64,000 nt of DNA, taken from an uncultured delta proteobacterium. GTDB taxonomy: Bacteria > Myxococcota_A > Polyangia > Fen-1088. Made by a program: the position numbers and the translations under genes. Below the pieces are notes generated by a model. It was given only the letters and a program-made list of their open reading frames with translations. It was not told the DNA's origin and ran no database searches. The stretch spans positions 1 through 64,000 of the forward strand of contig CAVYGB010000009.1 in assembly GCA_963767925.1 (NCBI GenBank). The letters are read 5' to 3'. Below are positions 58,021 through 64,000 of this stretch, piece after piece; the stretch's first letter is position 1; every line of letters starts with the position of its first letter.

Positions 58021-59370
58021 TCATGAGGCGGCGCGACCCGCCTGCTCTGGCCGGGCCCGGGCGGCCAGCAGGCGGTTGAAGGGGCTCTCCGGCTTCTGCG
58101 CCGTCCGCTCGGCGGCCAGCGCCTGGGCCAGCGCCGTGCGCCCGGAGCGCAGGGCTGCCTCGAGCAGGGTCAGGGACAGGACGTCGCGCTGGGCGTGGCT
58201 GCCCCCGAAGCGGTGGGCCTGCGGGCGGATGGCCAGCAGATCTTCGATGGCGGCGGCGTGGTCCCCGCGCGAGAAGGCGCGCAGGGCGCGGGCGAAGGGC
58301 AGGCCGACCTCGCGGGCCATCATGCCGTTGCCGCCCGGGTGGCCGTCCCGGGCCTGGCTGGCGAGCGTGGCCACCGTGCGGTCGGCCAGATCCCCGCGCC
58401 CGGCGCCCAGGAAGGCCATCACCGCGTGAACGTCGTTGAAGGCGTAAAAGCCGTTCTCCACCGAGGGGGTCCAGGCCTGGGCCAGCTCCTGCCAGCGGTT
58501 GCCCACGTCCACGCCCCGCAGGCTCAGCCGCCAGAGCAGCGCCGAGGCGTCGATGTTCTCGTAGGTCACCTGGGTCGGCTGCGGGCGCACGAGCTGGTCG
58601 TAGACCGCCAGCGCCCGCTGCTCTTCGCCGAGCTCGAGGTGGTAGAGGGCGAGGTGCCACCAGTTGTGGTAGGCGAAGCCGTTGCCGGGCGCCCAGTCCC
58701 CGCTGCTGCTGTTGAGCCAGGTGATCCCCTCGGCCGTCCGCCCCTGCATCTCCATCACGTGGGTCACGGCGTGCACGCTCCAGGGATCGCGCGGCTCGAG
58801 CTCGAGCGCGCGCCGGCCCGTCTCCTCGGCCGTCTCGTACCGGTTTGTCTCCTCGAGGCCGAAGGCGTACATGCCGAGCAGGTAGCTGTACCCGGGCAGG
58901 TCCTGGCTCCAGCGCGGCAGCACCTGGGCCACCCGGTCGCGCAGCATCTGGGACTGCCCCAGCAGGAAGTCGCCGACGTGGGCGGCCTGCAGGGCGACCA
59001 GATCGCGCGGGTGCGTGAGCAGCACTTCGCCGTACAGACGCACCGAGCGGTGCAGGTCGCCCTCCAGCCAGGCGCGCGCGGCGGCGGCGTGCCCGCGCTC
59101 GCGGTCGTTGGCGCTGGCCCCGCAGCGCTCGATGGCAGCGAGGCTGTCGGCCAGCAAAGGCAGGGCGTCCTTCTCTGTCGACAGGAGCGCCAGGGCCGCC
59201 TTCAGGCAGTGGCCCATGACGAAGTCGGGATCTTCGACGAGGGCCTGCTCGATGCGGGCCAGCGGGTCGACGAAGTAGCTCACCGCCAGGGTGGTGGCCT
59301 CCTCGAGGGCGGCCAGGGAGGCCGGGTTGGAGGTGGAGACCGGGACGCCGCGGACATCTTTGAGGGACAT
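58021..59370 (-). CDS. TTC38-like tetratricopeptide repeat protein
   Basis: HPRDLVAL, GMYAFGLEETN, DPWSVHAVTHVMEMQGR, HNWWHLAL, DASALLWRL, GGSHAQRD. Confidence 0.9.
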   Translation of the reverse strand: MSLKDVRGVPVSTSNPASLAALEEATTLAVSYFVDPLARIEQALVEDPDFVMGHCLKAALALLSTEKDALPLLADSLAAIERCGASANDRERGHAAAARAWLEGDLHRSVRLYGEVLLTHPRDLVALQAAHVGDFLLGQSQMLRDRVAQVLPRWSQDLPGYSYLLGMYAFGLEETNRYETAEETGRRALELEPRDPWSVHAVTHVMEMQGRTAEGITWLNSSSGDWAPGNGFAYHNWWHLALYHLELGEEQRALAVYDQLVRPQPTQVTYENIDASALLWRLSLRGVDVGNRWQELAQAWTPSVENGFYAFNDVHAVMAFLGAGRGDLADRTVATLASQARDGHPGGNGMMAREVGLPFARALRAFSRGDHAAAIEDLLAIRPQAHRFGGSHAQRDVLSLTLLEAALRSGRTALAQALAAERTAQKPESPFNRLLAARARPEQAGRAAS

Positions 59371-59527
59371 GGGATTCTCCTTCGCTCGGCTCTGAACGGG
59401 GGGCCTTGCCGCGGGGCTCGCCAGGGTATCCGCGGGGGCGAGGACGCCGGACGCGCCCTCTATCTTTACTGGCGTGACCGGGGCGGTCACGTCGTGACCG
59501 GTGGGCGGGCTGTGTTAGAGGAGGGGG

Positions 59528-62500
59528 GTGTCCGGGCAGACCTTCGTGGGGAGGGGGCGGGAGATCGAGCAGCTCAGCGAGGGCCTGACCGCCCTGGCGG
59601 GCGGACGCGGCCGCCTGTTCTGTCTGACGGGGGAGCCCGGGATCGGCAAGACGCGGCTGGCCGACGAGCTGGCCGGTCACGCGGCACGCGCCGGCGCCAC
59701 CGTGGCCTGGGGCGCCGCCTGGGACGGAGGCGACGCGCCAGCTTACTGGCCCTGGATCGAGGTGGTGCGGGCCCTGCGCCCGCTGGTGCCCGCCCCCGAC
59801 GAGCGCCTGCGCCGGGACCTGGGCCCGCTCTGGGACGATGGCGGCGCCGCGCCGGACGCCAGCCGCCCCGAGGCCGTGGTCGACCCGGCCGACCCGGCCC
59901 TGCTCGGCTTTCGCCGCTTCGATGCCCTGCGGGCGGTCCTGCACGCCGCCGCCCAGCGCGCCCCGCTGCTGGTGATCCTCGAGGATCTGCACGCCGCCGA
60001 TCGCGCGTCGCTGCTGGCCCTGCAGCTCGTGGCCCGGGCCCTGCGCACCCTGCCGGTGCTGATCGTCGCTACCCACCGGGGTAACGAGGCGGCGCGCGAC
60101 CCGGCCCTCGGCGACCTCCTGGCCCGCATCGCCCGCGAGGGGACCACCTTGCCCCTGGCCCGGCTGGGCCGGCAGGAGGTCGCCACCTTGATGGCCGACC
60201 TGCCGCCGGCGCCCGGGCGCCTTGTCGACGAGGTGTACGAGGCCTGCGGGGGCAACCCCCTCTTCCTCGTCGAGAGCCTGCGCCTGGTGCGCCGGGACGG
60301 GCGCCTGCAGGGCGTGCCGGCGGGGGTGAGCGCCCTCATCGCCGAGCGGGTCGCCCAGTTCGGGGTGGCGACCCGGGAGGCGCTCGAGGCGGCGGCGCTG
60401 CTGGGCCGCGAGCTGACCCTGCCCGTGCTCGCCGACGCCTGTGGCGCCAGCCCCGAGGAGCTGCGCGCGCGCCTGCGCCTGCCCCTGTCAGCCGGCGTCC
60501 TCGAGGAGACCGACGACGGGCGGGTCCGCTTCGCCCACGGCCTGTACCGGGAGCGCCTGCTAACCGAGCTGTCGCCCGGTCGCCGCTCGGCCCTGCACCT
60601 GCGGCTGGCCGAGGCCCTGCTGCGCTGGCGGAGCGCCGGCCACCTCGAGGCGGAAGAGCCGCTGGCCCTGCACCTGCTGGCCGCCTGCCATCCCGGGGAG
60701 GCCGACCGGATCGGGGACCCCGGGTCTCCGGCGGGCGATCCCGCGCTGGCCGTGTCCTGGGCCCTGCGGGCGGCGGCGCGGGCCCGCGCGGCGCTGGCCT
60801 TCGACCGGGCGGTCGCGCTTTACGAGGGGGCGCGGGCGGCGCTCGCCCACCTGCCGGCGGTCGAGCCCACCCGCCAGATCGATCTCGAGCTGGATCTCGC
60901 GGAGGCACTTGTCGAGGTGGGAGCGGGGGCGCGCAGCCGGGCGCTTTGCCTGGCCGCCGCCGATCGGGCGCGCGCGCTGGGTGACGGCGGGCGCCTGGCC
61001 CGGGCGGCGCTGGCCCACGGGGCCGAGCTGCGCATCGGCGTCGTCGACGGCGTCCTGGTCGGGCTGCTGTCCGAGGCGCTGGCCGCGCTGCCCGCCGACG
61101 CCGCCCGGCTGCGCGCGCGCGTCCTGGCCCGGCTGGCCGCCGCCCAGCAGCCGGCGGCGGATCCCCAGGTGCCCGTGCGGCAGGCCCGGGAGGCCATCGC
61201 GCTGGCCCGGGCCAGCGGCGACGCCGAGACCTTGCTGGCCACCCTCTACACCGCCGGGTCGGCCCTCGGCGACTACGCCTCGGCCGAGGAGCGGCTGCCG
61301 CTGTCGCGCGAGCTGGTGGCGCTGGCCCTGCCGCGCGGCGAGCTCACCATCGGGCAGCGGGCCTACGCCCGCCTTGTCGTCGATTGCCTGGAGCTGGCCG
61401 CGGTGGCCGAGGCCGAGGGGGCCATCGCCGCCCACGAGCGGCTGGGGCAGGCCCTGGGCCACCCGCGCTGGCGCTGGCGGAGCGCGCTCTTGCGATCGAT
61501 GCAGGCGCTGCTGGCCGGCCGCTGGCAAGACGCCGACGCCGCCCAGGCCGAGGCCGAGCGGCTGATCGCCGAGACCGACGACGCCAGCGCCGGCCTGACC
61601 CTGCTCATCCACCGGGCGGGGGCCCTGCGGACGCGCGAGGGCGGCCACCCCGGCCTGCTGGCGATCTCCGAGCACCCCGCCCTGGGGCAGATCGAATACA
61701 CCGCCGGCGTGGGGCCGCTGCTGCGCGCCTCGCTGCTCGCGCGCATGGGCGATCGGGCGGGCGCCCGCCGCCTGCTCGACAGCTTGCCCCCCGAGCCCGC
61801 TTTCCTCGCCGCCGATCCGGTCGCCCTGGCCTTCCTGTGCGACGCCGTCGCCCTCATCGGCGACGCCGAGCGGGCGGCCCGCCTGCTCCCCCTGCTGGCC
61901 CCCTTCGAGGGGCGCAACCTCAGCTCGGGCCTGTTCGGCATGGTCTGGGAGGGCCCGGTGGCGCACCTCGAGGGCGGCCTGCTGCTCGCGCTGGGCCAGT
62001 GGAGCGAGGCGATCGGGCCGCTCGAGGAGGCGCAGGCGGTTGTCGCCGCCATGGGGGCCCGCCCGCTGGCCGCGCGCATCGGCGGCGAGCTGGCCCGGGC
62101 TCTGTTTCAACGCGACCGCCCCGGCGATCGCAGCCGCGCGGGGGAGCTGCTCGATCGCGCGCGCGAGGAGGCCGACACGCTCGGGATGGATCACCTTGCC
62201 ACCCGCCTGGCCGAGGTGGCGGCGCTGGCGGCCGCGCCACCTGCGGAGGTGGCCCCGGTCGGGCCCGGGTCCCCGGGCGCACGCACCGGCGTGGCGGCGG
62301 GCTCCGGCGGCGCCGCGGTCGACCCGGGCGCCGCGGCCTCGACCCCCCCGACCGCCCGTCCGGTTGCGTCCGATGGGCCCGCCACCGTCGAGCTGTCGCG
62401 CGAGGGGGAGGTCTGGAAGGTGGGCTGGGCCGGCCAGGAGACGCGGCTCAAGCACTCGCGCGGCCTCGAGATCCTGGCCCAGCTCGTGAGCAACCCGGGC

Positions 62501-62905
62501 CGCGCGTTCCACGTGTTGACCCTCGGCGCTGCCGACCCGGGCGAGGTGATCGACACCGGCGACGCCGGCGAGCTTCTCGACCAGGACGCCCGCCAGGCCT
62601 ACCGCCGCCGGATCGTCGAGCTGGGCCAGGAGCTGGAGGAGGCGGCCGCCTGGGCCGACGGCGCCCGCCGCGACCGCCTGCGCGCCGAGCGCGAATTCCT
62701 CCAGGACGAGCTGGCCCGCGCCGTCGGCCAGGGCGGCCGCGCCCGCCGGGCCGGCGCCGCTGTCGAGCGCGCGCGCAGCAACGTCCAGAAGCGCCTGCGC
62801 GCCGTCATCCGCAAGCTCGCCGAGACCGCGCCCGCCCTGGCCCACCACCTCGACACCGAAATAAAAACCGGCATCCACGTCACCTACCGCCGCCCCCTGC
62901 CCTGA
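59528..62905 (+). CDS. AAA ATPase / TPR-domain putative transcriptional regulator
   Basis: FVGRGRE, GEPGIGKTRL, LEDLHAAD, GGNPLFL, C-terminal RGLEILAQLV...ERARSNVQKR...IKTG. Confidence 0.88.
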   Translation: MSGQTFVGRGREIEQLSEGLTALAGGRGRLFCLTGEPGIGKTRLADELAGHAARAGATVAWGAAWDGGDAPAYWPWIEVVRALRPLVPAPDERLRRDLGPLWDDGGAAPDASRPEAVVDPADPALLGFRRFDALRAVLHAAAQRAPLLVILEDLHAADRASLLALQLVARALRTLPVLIVATHRGNEAARDPALGDLLARIAREGTTLPLARLGRQEVATLMADLPPAPGRLVDEVYEACGGNPLFLVESLRLVRRDGRLQGVPAGVSALIAERVAQFGVATREALEAAALLGRELTLPVLADACGASPEELRARLRLPLSAGVLEETDDGRVRFAHGLYRERLLTELSPGRRSALHLRLAEALLRWRSAGHLEAEEPLALHLLAACHPGEADRIGDPGSPAGDPALAVSWALRAAARARAALAFDRAVALYEGARAALAHLPAVEPTRQIDLELDLAEALVEVGAGARSRALCLAAADRARALGDGGRLARAALAHGAELRIGVVDGVLVGLLSEALAALPADAARLRARVLARLAAAQQPAADPQVPVRQAREAIALARASGDAETLLATLYTAGSALGDYASAEERLPLSRELVALALPRGELTIGQRAYARLVVDCLELAAVAEAEGAIAAHERLGQALGHPRWRWRSALLRSMQALLAGRWQDADAAQAEAERLIAETDDASAGLTLLIHRAGALRTREGGHPGLLAISEHPALGQIEYTAGVGPLLRASLLARMGDRAGARRLLDSLPPEPAFLAADPVALAFLCDAVALIGDAERAARLLPLLAPFEGRNLSSGLFGMVWEGPVAHLEGGLLLALGQWSEAIGPLEEAQAVVAAMGARPLAARIGGELARALFQRDRPGDRSRAGELLDRAREEADTLGMDHLATRLAEVAALAAAPPAEVAPVGPGSPGARTGVAAGSGGAAVDPGAAASTPPTARPVASDGPATVELSREGEVWKVGWAGQETRLKHSRGLEILAQLVSNPGRAFHVLTLGAADPGEVIDTGDAGELLDQDARQAYRRRIVELGQELEEAAAWADGARRDRLRAEREFLQDELARAVGQGGRARRAGAAVERARSNVQKRLRAVIRKLAETAPALAHHLDTEIKTGIHVTYRRPLP

Positions 62906-62982
62906 CGAATACGCCCGCCGCGCGCCAGCGCCATGCCGTTCGGGCACGGGATGCGAGGTAGCTCTCGCCGCCCGCGTCCCGA

Positions 62983-63174
62983 GAATTCACCTCTGAATTC
63001 ACCTCTGAATTCACCTCTGAATTCACCTCTGAATTCACCTCTGAATTCACCTCTGAATTCACCTCTGAATTCACCTCTGAATTCACCTCTGAATTCACCT
63101 CTGAATTCACCTCTGAATTCACCTCTGAATTCACCTCTGAATTCACCTCTGAATTCACCTCTGAATTCACCTCT
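62983..63174. repeat. Perfect 12-bp tandem repeat (GAATTCACCTCT)x16
   Basis: Counted directly from the sequence. Confidence 0.97.
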
Positions 63175-63295
63175 CCCCGCGGTCTGCCGTGGGGAGAGGT
63201 CGGCGCGTCTGCGCGCCGGGTGAGGGGCCTCCGGCGTGGCAACCGCCCCTCACCCTGCCCTCTCCCCACGGCCGCAGACGGCCGCGGGGAGAGGG
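63170..63295. repeat. REP-like palindromic intergenic element
   Basis: CCTCTCCCC...GGGGAGAGG hairpins twice, flanking GGGTGAGGGG / CCCCTCACCC inverted repeat. Confidence 0.65.
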
Positions 63296-63382
63296 TTGAC
63301 AGAGAGCTGACCGAACGGCGGGGAGCCAGCCGCCGTTCAGCACAGTCAGCTGTTCGATCGCTGTTCGATCAGCTGTTTCCGA

Positions 63383-63865
63383 TCAGCTGTTGCCGGTCTT
63401 GGCCTGGCGGATGGCGGCTTGCCAGAGTTCTTCCTCCTCGCGGGCCTCCTGCACCTCGCTGGCCCGGACGGCGAGGCGCTCGAGGCGCGCGCGGATCGAG
63501 CGACCGTCGGCGATCGCGGTGGGGGCGACGGCCGGGGTGGGGCGGCGGGTGGCGCGGTCGATCCGCTCCTCCCAGGCACGCAGGTCGAAGGACGGTCGCG
63601 CCCGGTCCGCCGGGGGAAAGGGCGGGGGCAAGGAAGGGGGCAGGGGGGGCGGCGTGCCCGGCGTGCGCGGGGTCAGCGCCGCCACGAACCGATCGACCTT
63701 CGCCCGCTGGATGGCGGCGGTCCACTCGGCCTCGTCGCTGGTCGCCGCCGCGGGCGGCTTGATCGCGCTTGCGGTCACGGTCGCAATCCTGGCCGCCTCC
63801 CACTCGGCCTGGTCGTTCTGCTCGATGCGTTCGTGTCGTCGCTTCTTGTTAGTTTCGGTCTTCAT
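63383..63865 (-). CDS. Hypothetical protein with repeated EWxAAI motif
   Basis: GAGGT RBS; AEWEAA, AEWTAAI, ELWQAAI. Confidence 0.55.
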   Translation of the reverse strand: MKTETNKKRRHERIEQNDQAEWEAARIATVTASAIKPPAAATSDEAEWTAAIQRAKVDRFVAALTPRTPGTPPPLPPSLPPPFPPADRARPSFDLRAWEERIDRATRRPTPAVAPTAIADGRSIRARLERLAVRASEVQEAREEEELWQAAIRQAKTGNS

Positions 63866-63919
63866 TTGCTTTTACCTCTCATCACCCTCAATCGATCGAA
63901 TTGGTCCGGCAGCCGAAGG

Positions 63920-64000
63920 TCACCGCCACCTGGTTGCCGCGTCGAGGGCGGCCAGCTCCTCGCCCACCCCGATCACGAAGACCGGGATGCCTCGCCGGCG
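63920..64000 (-). CDS. Partial CDS end, possibly vWA-like
   Basis: RRRGIPVFVIGVGEELAALDAATRWR*. Confidence 0.35.
   Translation of the reverse strand, partial: RRRGIPVFVIGVGEELAALDAATRWR

Noticed and set aside
62983..63174. CRISPR array, or the VNSE/NSPL repeat ORFs
   Set aside because: Identical contiguous 12-mers with no spacers and no cas genes; the ORFs are by-products of the repeat.

Overview
GC-rich bacterial DNA; the gene content suggests a Myxococcota-like organism (inference). Frameshifts cluster in some genes and may be long-read consensus errors. (1) 1-13.7 kb is a mosaic accessory region. It holds an alpha/beta hydrolase, a polysaccharide deacetylase and a decayed integron (truncated intI, cassettes downstream: BrnT/BrnA, DUF429-like, VapBC, with attC sites). 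It also has a PNPOx-like/MocR pair, a frameshifted RND pump, a GH20 fragment and an HNH endonuclease. (2) About 14.0-36.4 kb is a ~22 kb island integrated at the 3' end of tRNA-Arg(CCG), with a duplicated att core, an excisionase, arm-type repeats and integrase remnants. Its cargo is a PIN-type TA pair, DUF5131-TcmP, many IS remnants (IS1182, IS3, IS4, IS21, IS66), and a secreted zinc peptidase split by nested IS4/IS3 elements and followed by two paralogous lipoproteins. It also carries an intact lower-GC three-gene operon: a putative ADP-ribosyltransferase-fold protein, a TPR-like protein and a tandem KaiC/RecA-like ATPase. This operon is the best candidate for an undescribed defence or conflict system. 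(3) 36.5-64 kb is core-like: MacAB-type ABC exporter, lhr-nei, beta/gamma-crystallin protein, serine hydrolase, MFS, SF2 helicase, M48 peptidase, ACT protein, metallophosphoesterase, TTC38-like protein, AAA-TPR regulator and a perfect 16x12-bp tandem repeat. All family calls come from motif recognition by eye; no database search was run.
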